The translations under genes and the position numbers were made by a program. 64,000 bases of DNA, taken from the NCBI RefSeq assembly GCF_006345805.1, contig NC_043001.1, forward strand, positions 135,780,001 to 135,844,000, in the 5' to 3' direction. Below are positions 51,060 to 64,000 of the stretch, in pieces. The stretch is from Octopus sinensis (taxonomy: Eukaryota). Numbering within the stretch: position 1 is the first letter of the stretch; each line of letters opens with the position of its first letter. Under the pieces are notes generated by a model. The model did not search any database, was not told the DNA's origin, and worked only from the letters and a program-made list of their open reading frames with translations.

Positions 51060-51376
51060 CCACAGCCAATTTGTGTGAGTGTATATGCGTGTGTGTGCAT
51101 TTGGGTCTGTGTGTGTGTATATGTGTATCTGTCAGTGTGTATGCATATATTGATGTATTTGCATGCAAATATGCATCTGTATATTTATTTATACCTGTCT
51201 GTGCTTTTGTGTATATATCTGTATATCTAAGTGCATGTATGTATCTGTGCATGTGTGTGCATTTGTGTACATACCTGGATGCTTGTATATTTGTATATCT
51301 GTGAGATTTCTGCATGTGTGTGTGTATATGTGTATGTCTGTGCATATGCATGTATGTGATGTACATATACATATAC

Positions 51377-51408
<32 letters not shown>

Positions 51409-51917
51409 GTATGTATGTATAGGAGACCAAAAGTGTATATAAGATGCTATATGTATATATAAAAAACAAAACAAAAAAATGAAACAAGAACATAACAGGC
51501 GATCCACCCATGCATGTATGTGCTCATGTGTATGTATCTGTACATCTGTGTGCATGTGTGTGTATATGTGTACACATCTGGATGCTTGTGTGTTTCCATA
51601 TCTGCACAATTTTCATGCATGTGTGTGTGTATGTATGTGTATGCATGTGTGCATATGGGTCTGTGTGTGTGTGTATATGTGTATCTGTCTGAATACATGC
51701 ATGTATGTGATGTGCTTGCATGCAAGTGTGCATCTATCTATCTATCTATCTACATATATACATATATATATATATATTTGTGCATATATGTGCTTATGTA
51801 TGTATATATATATATATATATCTGTGCATATATGTGCTTATGTATGTATATATATATATATATATATCTGTGCATATATGTGCTTATCATCATCATCATC
51901 ATCATCATCATCGTGCT

Positions 51918-51948
<31 letters not shown>

Positions 51949-52130
51949 CTGTGCATATATGTGCTTATGTATACATATATATATATATATATCTGTACAT
52001 ATCTGTGCATGTGAGTACACATCTGGACGCTTGTGTGTTTGCATATCTGCACAATTTCTGTATGTGTGTGTGTGTGTGGTGTGTGTGTGTGTGTGTTCGT
52101 GCACACACCACACATGCATGTGTGTGTGTA
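51060..52130. repeat. Further copies of the complex CA/TA satellite seen at 48549-49020
   Basis: For example, 51150-51350 is nearly identical to 48553-48755. Confidence 0.85.
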
Positions 52131-52439
52131 CTTGTCTCAGTTACTTGCGTTTGTGAGTACATGTGTATGTATGCTAGCATCCACAAATAGCTAGCTTCCT
52201 TTTCTGTAGTGTGAGTCATCCTCACTTGTTGAATGTGCAGTAAAAAAAAACCTATTTCACATCAATTGTTGTTCAGTGATCTTCTCATTCCTTTCTCTTT
52301 CTCTCATCATCCTCCTCCTCCTCCTCAGTAATATTTTATGCCTTATTGTATATACATGAATAAACACACACACATTACATATATACACATCATGCATATA
52401 CGTCACGTATACATCTCGCCCTTTGTAAGTTTGAATGAC

Positions 52440-52790
52440 TGTATTACATATACATACATAGATATATATATATATACATACATACATACATATATATATA
52501 CATGCATTGTATTGTATTATACATACATACATACATATATATACATACATACATATATATACATACATACATATATATATATATACATATATATACATAC
52601 ATACATACATATATATATACATATATATATACATACATACATATATATATATATACATATATATATACATACATATATATATATTACATATATATACATA
52701 CATACATATATATAACATACATACATATATATATATATACATTATATATACATACATACATATATATATATATACATATTGATTGATTGA
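52440..52790. repeat. (TA)/(TACA) microsatellite
   Basis: Seen directly in the sequence. Confidence 0.95.
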
Positions 52791-53046
52791 TTGATTGATT
52801 GATTCTAGTTTCACTCATGAGCTGTGGCCATGCTGGGGCACCGCCATTAGTATGCAGTCAATGCTTAAAGTTTTAGTAATAATAATGATATTTAGAAAAT
52901 TTTCACTTGTCACCCGTCACCGGGTTTTTTTCATTTAACACACACATCTTATTTTGGGTTTCTGTTCCAATCACTGAACTGTAGCCTTCTGGGGAAACCA
53001 TCTGGAATAATTTTAGTCAAATGAATTTGACCCCATTATTTTTTTT

Positions 53047-53283
53047 TAACCCTTTAGCATTCAGGTACTTTGTCAAATCTAATGCTTCTTTATTCACCTT
53101 GTTTTGAATCAACCATGCATTGTCTCATGGCTTCAATTCAAGATTTCAATAATGGGATTGCATATTTTTCAGAATCACATTGTGGGATAGGTATGAAAAG
53201 TTGGATCTGGCCGGCCAATTTGGGCATAAAACAAGTAGAATATTTGGGCCGGAAATGGCCGGTTTTGAATGCCAAAGGGTTAA
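53047..53283. mobile_element. piggyBac-type TTAA MITE
   Basis: TTAA|CCCTTTAGC ... GCCAAAGGG|TTAA. Confidence 0.8.
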
Positions 53284-53287
53284 AGCT

Positions 53288-53577
53288 TTACTTTTACTCG
53301 TTTCAGTCATTTGACTGCGGCCATGCTGGAGTACTGCTTTTAGTCGAGCAAATCGACCCTGGGACTTATTCTTTGTAAGCCCAGTACTTATTCCATGGAT
53401 CTCCCTCGCCGAGCCGCCAAGCCACGGGGACATGAACACACCAGCATCAGTTGTCAGGTGATGCTGAGGGGACAAACACAGACACACAAACATATATATA
53501 TATATATACACACGACAGGCCTCTCTCAGTTTCCGTCTACCAAATTCACCCACAAGGCCTTGGTTGGCCCGAGGCCA
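53288..53577 (-). mobile_element. 5'-truncated SINE family A
   Basis: The 3' two-thirds are present and the head is replaced by microsatellite. Confidence 0.8.
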
Positions 53578-54298
53578 CATATATACATACATATATATAT
53601 ACATACATATATATATATATATATATACATACATATATAGACATACATATATACATATATACATACATACATATATTATACATACATATATCTATACATA
53701 CATATATTATACATACATATACATACATACATATACATACATACATATATACATACAATATAATACAAACATATAATACTATACATACCTACATATACAT
53801 ACATACATACATACTACATAATATCTACATACATAATACATAACATACATATATACATAATGACATATATATACATAATATATATATACATACATACATA
53901 TATATATATATCATACATACATACATATATATATATACATATATATAACATACATACATATATATATATACATTATAATTACATACATACATATAGATAT
54001 ATATATACATTATATATCATACATACATAATATATATATACATATTATATATACATACATATAGATATACATAATATTATATACATTATATTATATAAAC
54101 ATACATACATACACATACATCCACTACATACATACATATTACATACATACATACATATATACATACATACATATATTATACATACATATATATATACATA
54201 CATATATATATATACATACATACATACATATATACATACATACATATACATACATACATATATACATACATACATATATACATACAAACATACATATA

Positions 54299-54332
<34 letters not shown>

Positions 54333-54418
54333 CATACATACATACATATATACATACATATATACATACATATATATATACATACATACATATATACATA
54401 CATACATACATACATACA

Positions 54419-54452
<34 letters not shown>

Positions 54453-54535
54453 CATATATATATACATACATACATACATATACATATATATATATATATA
54501 TAATATATATAATATATATATATATATATATAATT
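53578..54535. repeat. ~950-bp (TACA)n/(TA)n microsatellite
   Basis: Seen directly in the sequence. Confidence 0.97.
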
Positions 54536-54843
54536 TAAGTAATAGAGAAAAAATGGAGAAACTGATGTATAGACATCAATTTATTTGAACATACTTAATT
54601 CTGTACAATATCAAATTCCTTTTATATATTCTTTTATTCTTTCACTTGCTTCCATCATTTGACTGTGGCCATGTTGGAGCACCACCTTAAAGGCTTTTGT
54701 AGTCCAAGAAATCGACCCTGGGACTTATTCTTTGTTAGCCAAGTACTTATTCTATCAGACTCTTTTTACAGAGACGTAAACACACCAACATCGGTTGTCA
54801 AGTGATGATGGGGGGACAAACATAGACACACATAAATAAATAT

Positions 54844-54882
<39 letters not shown>

Positions 54883-55073
54883 CACAACGGTTTTCTTTCA
54901 GTTTCCGTCTATCAAATCCACTCACAAGGTTTTGGTCGGCTTGAGGCTATAGAAGAAGACACTTGCTCCCCAAGGTGCCATGTAGAGGGACTGAACCTGG
55001 AATCATGTGGCTGGAAAGCAAGCTTCTTACCACACAGCCATGCCTGTGCCTACATATATATATATATATATAT

Positions 55074-55383
55074 CACTGTGATCACCGTGACCGACCAGGC
55101 AATCAGATGTTGCTACACATCGCTGGTCACAATGCGTTTTGCATTGTTTTAGCCTTTAAATGATGCCATCCCACTGGCTAAGTGAGCAGGCCGACATAAG
55201 AAAGAGTGAGAGAAAGTTGCGGCGAAAGAGTACAGCAGGGATTGCCACCACCCCCTGCCGGAGCGTCGTGGAGCTTTAGGTGTTTTCGCTCAAATAAACA
55301 CTCACAATGCCTAGTCTAGGAATCGAAACCGTGATCCTATGACCGCGAGTCCGCTGCCCTAACCACTGGGCCATTGCGCCTCC

Positions 55384-55384
<1 letters not shown>
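55074..55384 (-). mobile_element. SINE family B2
   Basis: Homologous to 46411-46711. Confidence 0.88.
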
Positions 55385-55417
<33 letters not shown>

Positions 55418-55661
55418 AAACGATGATGATGATGATATATATATATATATATAAATATATTGCATAATGTATCGTGGGTAAGGCCAAAACAATGGGAAGT
55501 AAATGAATGCAATACATATATATATATTCACTAGATGAAAAGTGTAGGCTGAGTGATATCGTATCACAAAGATTATGAGAAATGCTATCATGCAACCCAC
55601 ACAGATGTGTGGGTGGAATGATAACATATCTCAACCATAATTTATTTCTCCTTCCCTTCCT

Positions 55662-55709
<48 letters not shown>

Positions 55710-56397
55710 GGCACACGCAGTTTTTTATAACAAGTTAATGAAGGAGCCTCTCCATGGTTGCATAACTTGCTAGAAATACCACTCAAATCTCTTACAAAAT
55801 CTTTACATACCATCTTAAAAAAACACCACTCATCTATGCTTGAAAAAAAAAAAAGATACAGGGTGGTTATGGTTGGAACTCCTTTAATCATGAGGTATGT
55901 TTGAAGAGAGCTGACATAAGGCTAAACAGCAACAGATGGGAATGAACAAATATGGGACACACTACATGGTTGCTCCTTCTAGAAATAGCAGTCAAATTCC
56001 TCCTCAAATCTCAACCTACCATATCAAAGGATATGGTATGTCTAAATAAAAGGAAGAATGGTCATAGCTGGAATGTCTTTCACTTGCCCCGCGTGAACTT
56101 TCCTTACAGTAAACTGATGACAGTGAACTTACTGGACGTGCCAAAGTGAACATGCAGATTTTGTTAAAAGACGGAAGTGTTAACCTAAATGAATACCTAG
56201 ACTAATGCATTGACAGAGGTCGACATGTAGAATTAGTTGAGAGAAAGTGTGGGTGGGGTAACCAAGGTGCACAACTAGACTAGTATAAAGAAAATGTGTC
56301 AACTAAGTGGGGTACCCAGATTATAGGAGGAAAGTGGTATTACTTTGCTACAGCTCATATATCTGTACTCATATAAAAATGAACAACAGTGTTGATA

Positions 56398-56562
56398 GGC
56401 GCAGGAGTGGCTGTGTGGTAAGTAGCTTGCTAACCAACCACATGGTTCCGGGTTCAGTCCCACTGCGAGGCATCTTGGGCAAGTGTCTTCTGCTATAGCC
56501 CCGGGCCGACCAATGCCTTGTGAGTGGATTTGGTAGATGGAAACTGAAAGAAGCCTGTCGTA

Positions 56563-56617
<55 letters not shown>

Positions 56618-56843
56618 GTGTGTGTTTGTGAGTCTGTGTTTGTCCCCCTAGCATTGCTTGACAACCAATGCTGGTGTGTTTACGTCCCCATCACTTAGCG
56701 GTTCGGCAAAAGAGACCGATAGGATAAGTACTGGGCTTACAAAGAATAAATCCCGGGGTCGATTTGCTCGACTAAAGGCGGTGCTCCAGCATGGCCGCAG
56801 TCAAATGACTGAAACAAGTAAAAGAGTAAAAGAGTAAAGAGTA
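56398..56843 (+). mobile_element. SINE family A
   Basis: Full-length, with an (AAAGAGTA)n tail. Confidence 0.92.
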
Positions 56844-57744
56844 CAGTAAGATGCATAATGGTAGAATTGGAGAAGTATAAAGATCCAGGTGGAGTTTGGT
56901 TTTAAAGTGGTTCTGGAGAGGTCGCAATAATCCAAGAAGTAGGTTGGAAAAGAGATGAGAGTCCAAGAAAGGCAGGATCAAGCAAGAGTGTATATTATAT
57001 GTATAGTCCAAGAATATATAAAAATCACAAAAACAAGTGCAAAAAAACAAAAAAAACAGGGTGTTTAATGCTCAGGAAACATGGAAGAAGTATTTGACAT
57101 TTTGAGTCTGGGCTCTTCTACAGAAAGGAATGAAGTGAGAAAACAGATGGAGAGAGAAAAAAATGGAGAGGTAAAAACAAGTCTGGATTAACAGTTAGTA
57201 TATGTTGGACTAATACACACACTAATCCATTTATTGTGAGAATGTCTGTCAGAGTTGATAAGAGGGTGCACAACTATTTCAAAGTTTGGTAATCTGTATC
57301 CTTGTCACTATCTCAAACTTATAGCCACTACATTAAAGTAAGTAATCACAGCACAGTGTATAGTTCATGACTATGGACAGGCAGTGGTAGCACTGTCAAA
57401 CTTGATGACTGTTGTTTCCATTAACAGGCAATGCTGAGTTCAAGTCCCTTTGTGAGTCTTAAAAATCTAAAGCAGGGAAACTCCTTGACCATATAGTTTC
57501 TCCCTACAGACCAATGTGGGAGTTTATGTCATTACTCAACCTGCTAGAAAATGTGATCAGTTTTGAAAATTAATTTTTCAAAATTAATCAAATTTTAGCA
57601 TTTTAAAAATATAGGTGCACCTAATGGTTAGTATAGTCAGAAATATACTATGACTAAAAATACAAGATAGTCATGGTTGAAATATCTTTGAATATAAGTT
57701 TGTTTAAGCAGGGTTTTGAGTTTAAACAACAACAACAACATAAA

Positions 57745-57900
57745 CCTATTTCTTTACTACCCACAAGGGGCTAAACACAGAGAGGACAAACAAGGACAAA
57801 CAGATTAAGTCGATTACATCGACCCCAGTGCGTAACTGGTACTTAATTAATCGACCTCGCAAGGATGAAAGGCAAAGTCGACCTTGGCTTTCATCCTTTC
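57745..57900 (-). mobile_element. SINE family D 3' half ending in a fold-back
   Basis: The tail matches family D. The sequence switches strand at GTCGAC. Confidence 0.8.
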
Positions 57901-57999
57901 AAACCATAATTTCAGTATGTGCCTAAATGGTCCTATAGAGTTATACTAGAGTTATCATTAAGGTTTTAAGTTTAAGAACCAACTTAATAGTGATGCCTC

Positions 58000-59335
58000 C
58001 ACAACCACTGCCACCACACTAAATACCAACAGGTTTAACAATGATGGCATGGTGGTAGATTCATAAAAGGTTGTAAATTGAAAGCGGTTTACTGGTGTTC
58101 TGTGAGAAGAGAAACAGAAGCATGAAGTGTTGTGGGTTGTAAAGCTGTGCGTCATTGTGAATCAAGAAGTTGGGGGGAAAAGTGTATATGGCAAGAGAGC
58201 AGGGCATTTATTTATCATTACTGACACTGAGAAGACAGAGAGGCTAGGAAATGTTAGTACAGAAAGTTGTTAAAGGAGAATGAATGGGGTTGGGATGGAG
58301 AGGAACTATGGAAGCACTCCGTCGGTTACGACAACGAGGGTTCCGGTTGATCCGAATCAACGGAACAGCCTGCTCATGAAATTAACGTGTAAGTGGCTGA
58401 GCACTCCACAGACACGTGCACCCTTAACGTAGTTCTCGGAGATATTCAGCGTGACACAGAGAGTGACAAGGCCGGCTCCTTGAAATACAGATACAACAGA
58501 AACAGGAAGTAAGAGTGAGAGGAAGTTGTGGTGAAAGAGTACAGCAGGGATCACCACCATCCCCTACCGGAGCCTCGTGGAGCTTTTAGGTGTTTTCGCT
58601 CAATAAACACTCACAACACCCGGTCTGGGAATCGAAACTGTGATCCTATGACCGCGAGTCCGCTGCCCTAACCACTGGGCCATTGCGCCTCCACAGAGAG
58701 GAACTGTACAACAAGTAGAGCCAACAGGTGTTGGGGCAGGTGGGGAGACTAGCAAGTGAAATTAAAAGATATGTGGTCAAAATGGTCATTAAGGACACGA
58801 GGGAAAGGAAAGTAGCCGACGAAGCATTAACAATAGCTGCTGGGATGCTGAAAATATCTTTCAAAGTAGGACATGCATTTTGTCATCCACATCATCAATA
58901 ATGTGGACACAAGGAAGTGTCGTATCCAATGACTGTCATAATAGTGCCATCATCAACTGCTGCAAAAGGCAAAAGAAATGTTCTAAAAAAAAAAACAAAA
59001 AACAAAAAAAATCAACTGCAGAGGTATCAAATGAAAGCTCTGAGTAATGTAAGTGGTAGAAAGAACTACAGTAGGGAGAGAATTAGCTTAGATGAGATAA
59101 AGTGCAGTTTGGTTTTGTGCCAGGGTGGAGTACCACTGATTGCTGTCTTCTTGATGAGGTGACTACAAGAGACGTTTATAGACGAAAACAAGCCAATGTG
59201 CTTAGTGTTCATTAATCTGGAAAAGGACTATGACAGAGGGCCTATAGACTGTGGCCTACTGTTTGATCAGGGAACTTGGGAAAGCCAAGTAAGTCACGTA
59301 CAGAGATGCTGTCAGTAAGGTGAGAGTAAAAAAAA
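58000..59335 (+). pseudogene. Degraded RTE-clade reverse transcriptase, interrupted by a family B SINE
   Basis: Across frameshifts: AGMLKISF..., (N)CRGIK..., RERISLDE...FGFVPG.STT..., KPMCLVFINLEKDYDR. Confidence 0.7.
58311..58693 (-). mobile_element. SINE family B
   Basis: Full-length reverse complement of 24143-24523. Confidence 0.9.
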
Positions 59336-59799
59336 AAGAATTCCATCCAGTGTACCAAGTGTAAACTATGGGTGCACAAAAGTTGTAGTAGAATCACAGG
59401 TAGGCTGACAGAGAAGGAAGTGTTTGTAAGTGATAGAAACACAAGAATAGTTGGTAGTATATGAAATGAATTCTTTCAAATGCTCAGAAATTTCCAAGAA
59501 GTAATTGATAGCTTTTGTTACTTTTGTTACCAAGGTGACCTAATTAATAGTAGAGGTGACTGTTCTAAAAGTATGGCAATTAGAGTGTGAACCGAGTGGA
59601 GAAACATTTGGAGTGCTATTACCCCTGCTGGTAACAAAGCTATTTTCTCTCTGAATGAGAGAGGGGTAGATTGTACGATGCTTGAGTACAAATTGTGATG
59701 CTACATGGTAGAGAAACAGAAGCACCAAATTTGAAGGATGTGTGAATGCTGGAAATACAGTAGTTGGGCTTGCACTAATGAATGTATAATGTTAGTTTC

Positions 59800-60710
59800 A
59801 AATTTTGGAACAGGGCCAGCAATGTTTAAGGGTAGGGTAACTTGATTACATCAACCCCCTAATGTTTAACTGGAACTTATTTTATCAATCCTGAAAAGAT
59901 AAAAGGCAACATCAACCTCAGTGGAATTTGAACTAAGAACATAGAGACAGACAAAATGCCGCTAAGCATTTTGCCTGCCATGCTAACAGTTCAGCCAGCT
60001 CACCACCTTAATAACAATAATAATGATATTAAATTTTGGCACAAGGCCAGCAATTTCAAAGGAGGGCATAAGTCAATTGCATCGATCCCAGTATTCAGCT
60101 GGTACTTATTTTATTGATCCTGAAAGTATGAATAGCAAAATTGACCTCGGTGGAATTTGAACTCAGAACATAAAGATGAATGAAATGTTGCTTAGTATCT
60201 CACCAGGCATGCTCACAATTCTACCAGCTCACCACCTTACATTGATGATGATAATAATAATAATAATAATGGTTTCAAATTTTGACACAAGGCCAGCAAT
60301 TTCAGAGGGAGTAAGCTTACATTGACTCCAGATCTCAACTGGTACTTATTTTATTGACCTCGAAGGGATGGAAGGCAAAGTCAACTTTGGTGGAATTTGA
60401 ACTCAGAGCATAAAGACACATGAAATTCCCCTAAGCATTCTGCCCTGCATGCTAACTGTTCAGCCAGCTCATGGCCTTACAATAGATATATAATATTGGT
60501 TTTAAATTTTGGCACAAGGCCAGCAGTTTTGCAGGAGGGACCAAGTCGATTACATCGACCCCAGTGTTCAATTGGTACTTATTTTATTGACCCTGAAAGG
60601 ATGACGGGCAAAGTCGACCTCGGTGAAATTTGAACCCAGAATGTTAAGATGGATGAAATGTTGCTAAGCATTTTGTCCAGCATGCTAATGGTTCTACCGG
60701 CTTGCCGCAG
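59800..60710 (-). mobile_element. Four head-to-tail old Nin-domain SINEs (~230 bp each) separated by (AAT)n-like tails
   Basis: Units start near 59803, 60032, 60279 and 60506, each with ggcacaaggccagcaa...gacctcggtggaatttgaactcagaac...ccagctc. Confidence 0.88.
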
Positions 60711-60750
60711 TACAATGAACATATAATATTAGTATGGTAAATGATGTAGC

Positions 60751-61030
60751 ATGGAGGCACATGGCCTAGTGGTTAGAGCAGCGGACTTGCAGCTGAGGGA
60801 TTGTGGGTTCGAATCTCAGATCAGGCGATGTGTGTGTTTATGAGTGAAACACATAAGCTTCACTTGGCTCTGGCAGAACATCTGCTGACTCTTTCACCAC
60901 AACTTTCTCTCACTCTTTCCTCCTGCATCTTGCAGCTCACCTGCCATGGACCAGCGTCTCATCCAGGTGGGGAACCTATGCACCAAGGAAACTGACCCTT
61001 ATGAGCCAGGTGTGGCTCGAGAAGGAACAA
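60751..61030 (+). mobile_element. SINE with a family B-like head and a third 3' module
   Basis: ggaggcacatggcctagtggttagagcagcgg...ctctttcaccacaactttctctcactct, then a tail shared with 1760-1980. Confidence 0.75.
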
Positions 61031-61320
61031 ACAACAAATGATGTAGCACAAGTGAACAGAGGAAAAAGCTAGATATAATTTGTAGTTCATAGGTCACATC
61101 TGAGATGAAAACTGAAATACAAGACCCAATATGATGAAGAGTTGTATGTATACTATTTCACATAACACCATATAATTGATCAAATATTTTAACACAGTTC
61201 CTCCAAGGACACATACACACCTCTCTCTCTCTCTATTTCTGTCAGTCTGTGTGTGTGTATGTGGGCGTGTGTGAGTGCGTTTGTATATATATATGTGTGT
61301 GTGTATATATACATACACAC

Positions 61321-61546
61321 GGCGAGCTGGCAGAAACGTTAGCACGCCGGGCGAAATGCGTAGCCGTATTTCGTCTGCCGTTACGTTCTGAGTTCAAATT
61401 CCGCCAAGGTCAACTTTGCCTTTCATCCTTTCTGGGTCGATAAATAAAGTACCAGTTTCGCACTGGGGTCTATGTAATCGACTTAATCCCTTTGTCTGTC
61501 CTTGTTTGTCCCCTCTATGTTTAGCCCCTTGTGGGTAGTAAAGAAA
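61321..61546 (+). mobile_element. SINE family D
   Basis: Full-length match. Confidence 0.92.
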
Positions 61547-61905
61547 TATATATACATACACGCAACAGTTGTATGTAACACCACACTAGCAATATCCGTA
61601 GAGTCACAGAGCAGTGAATATTAATACCTGTACGGTCATACATCTGTGTTTATGGCATAGCTACCAGACAAAAATACAGATACCAGATACAGTGTGTGAG
61701 AGAGAAGCTGGCACTTGTATACTTGTATAGAGATGTGACATGTTAGGAGGATGACAATGGCCAGTGGATCCGTGTGGAAGGAAGCTATGAAAGAGCACGA
61801 CCAAGAAAGTCTTAGGTAAGAAAGAGTAAATGACGATCTTAGAAGAATGCAGGTATGAAAAAGTAGGTGTAAAAATGATGATTATGATAATGATGTGTGT
61901 ACATA

Positions 61906-62320
61906 GGCGCAGGAGTGGCTGTGTGGTAAGTAGCTTGCTTACCAACCACATGGTTCCGGGTTCAGTCCCACTGCGTGGCATCTTGAGCAAGTGTCTTCTG
62001 CTATAGCCCCGGGCCGACCAATGCCTTGTGAGTGGATTTGGTAGATGGAAACTAAAAGAAGCCTGTCGTATATATGTATAAATATATATGTGTGTGTGTG
62101 TGTGTGTTTGTGTGTCTGTGTTTGTCCCCCTAGCATTGCTTGACAACCGATGCTGGTATGTTTACGTCCCCGTCACTTAGTGGTTCGGCAAAAAGAGACC
62201 GATAGAATAAGTACTGGGCTTACAAAGAATAAGTCCCGGGGTCGACTTGCTCAACTAAAGACGGTGCTCCAGCATGGCAGCAGTCAAATGACTGAAACAA
62301 GTAAAAGAGTAAAAGAGTAA
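61906..62320 (+). mobile_element. SINE family A
   Basis: Full-length match. Confidence 0.92.
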
Positions 62321-62869
62321 GTGTGTGTGTGTGTGTTGTGACAAATGTGAAAATGAAAACAACAAAAACACATTGTTGACCTTGGTGGAATTTGAACTCA
62401 GAACATAAAGATGGACAAAATGTTGCTTAGCATTTTGCCAGGCAAGCTAACATTTCTTATTTCTTTATTGCCCACAAGGAGCTAAACATAGAGGGGACAA
62501 ACAAGGACAGACAAAGGGATTAAGTCGATTACATAGACCCCAATGCGTAACTGGTACTTATTTAATAAGGCAACGAGCTGGCAGAAACGTTAGCTAGGTA
62601 GAAAATCTACCCAAGGATACTGTGTCTGTTTTGGCAGGGATTTTATGGCTGGATGCCCTTCCTAACACTAACCACTCCACATAATGGATTCAGTGCTTTT
62701 TATGTGGCACTAGCACAGGCGAAGTTAGTTTTGGGAAGATTTTTACAATGTCAATATGACAACATTATCCAGTGAAATGACACCACATTGTTCTTTCAAC
62801 TAACCCCAGTTCTATTCTCATTTTTTTTCCCTCTAGCCCCACTCCTGGTACCAGCAACAACAACACCCC

Positions 62870-63070
62870 ACTTCCTACGCAACCGCTGAGCCTGGATGCG
62901 CATTCATCCATCCATCGATGCTCTCGGTGTCGGGGGTTGACCTGCTTTCTCTTCTGCGGGTCTTACGAATAGCAAAGGACCACGTTTCAGACTTCTCCCA
63001 TCTTGCGGGCTCTGGGACGAAGACAGTTCGCTCAACAGCAACAGCAATGGCAACAACAACAACAACAGAC
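62870..63070 (+). mobile_element. Unclassified GC-rich retroposon 3' end with (CAA)n tail
   Basis: CpG-rich ~190 bp ending gacagttcgctcaacagcaacagcaa...caacaacaac. Confidence 0.45.
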
Positions 63071-63192
63071 CATTTCCTTTCCTTTCCTCATAGACAACAA
63101 GACCCTCTCAAAGGCTGAACTTTACATTCTTCTCGTGGAAATTAGCTTGACCAATCTTGAACTTTCTTATTCAGTGATTTTCACCAATCCAT

Positions 63193-63560
63193 AATAATAA
63201 TAATAATAATAATAATAATTGTGTACAGTGCTCAGGTGCACTACAACTCATCTAAAGTGTATATATAATCAGGTGTAGTTTCGGCGGATTTCGGGAAGCA
63301 TGAGGGCCTTAAAGGATGCAGTGCCATAGCAGTCAACAACTGACGCTGGCAGTTTATTCCATGCTTCAGCAACTCTGAGCGTGAAGAAATGTTTCCGAAA
63401 GTCATGGGAGCTGTGTTGTTTTCTGACTTCGTAGGCATGTCCACGTGTGTTAGACACATGGAGTCTCTACAAATTCCAGATTTGAATACCTAGCTTTTTT
63501 CTTGTCTTACCAATCTGGGATGTTGGATCAGTGAATGTCTGGCAAGTTCGCTGTCATCAA
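63193..63560 (-). pseudogene. CR1/L2-group LINE 3' end
   Basis: TRGHAYEVRK...FRKHFFTLRVAEAWNKLPASVV is a typical CR1 ORF2 C-terminus, followed by an (ATT)n tail. Confidence 0.85.
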
Positions 63561-63662
63561 TTCACCACAGGGAAATTACACCGGCATCAGTTCACATTGT
63601 TTCTTTTTCTTTTGCAATAAAATAGTCTTTAACTATTAAAGGTGGAATACTTATGGATATGT

Positions 63663-64000
63663 GGAGGCGCAATGGCCCAGTGGTTAGGGCAGCGGATTTG
63701 CGGTCATAGGATCGCGGTTTCGATTCCCAGACCGAACGTTGTGAGTGTTTATTGAGCGAAAACACCTAAAGCTCCACGAGGCTCCAGCAGGGGATGGTGG
63801 TGATCCCTGCTGTACTCTTTCACCACAACTTTCTCTCACTCTTACTTCCTGTTTCTGTTGTACCTGTATTTCAAAGGGCCGGCCTTGTCACTCGCTGTGT
63901 CACGCTGAATATCCCCGAGAACTACGTTAAGGGTACACGTGTCTGTGGAGTGCTCAGCCACTTACACGTTAATTTCACGAGCAGGCTGTTCCGTTGATTC
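63663..64000 (+). mobile_element. SINE family B (runs off the window end)
   Basis: Matches 24143 and 58693. Confidence 0.9.

Noticed and set aside
59800-60710. Regularly spaced repeats superficially like a CRISPR array
   Set aside because: The units are whole diverged SINEs with no unique spacers and no cas genes, in a eukaryotic context.

Overview
AT-rich eukaryotic DNA that is almost entirely intronic or intergenic. The SINE and LINE families present suggest an octopus (inference). No host protein could be recognised, and only a few weak candidate minus-strand exons are offered. The long ORFs in the track are artefacts of microsatellites and of reading through SINEs. The window is a dense mosaic of mobile elements: at least four tRNA-headed SINE families (CORE-like and Nin/Deu-domain types), RTE and CR1 LINE 3' ends, a Ty3/Gypsy integrase remnant with PPT and probable LTR, a mariner derivative, piggyBac-type TTAA MITEs, two non-autonomous Helitrons and Penelope-like (PLE) remnants. 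The most striking signal is five unrelated repeats that each carry a different minimal hammerhead-ribozyme (HHR)-like motif. (i) A tRNA-headed SINE with an HHR in its 3' half (23.1-23.4 kb). (ii) An inverted pair of HHRs with a compensatory G3-C8 core (37.0-37.2 kb). (iii) A candidate HHR whose strands occur in non-canonical, pseudoknotted order (17.95-18.01 kb). (iv, v) Two decayed canonical HHRs (32.0 and 45.3 kb). There are also several local fold-back and inverted-duplication rearrangements.
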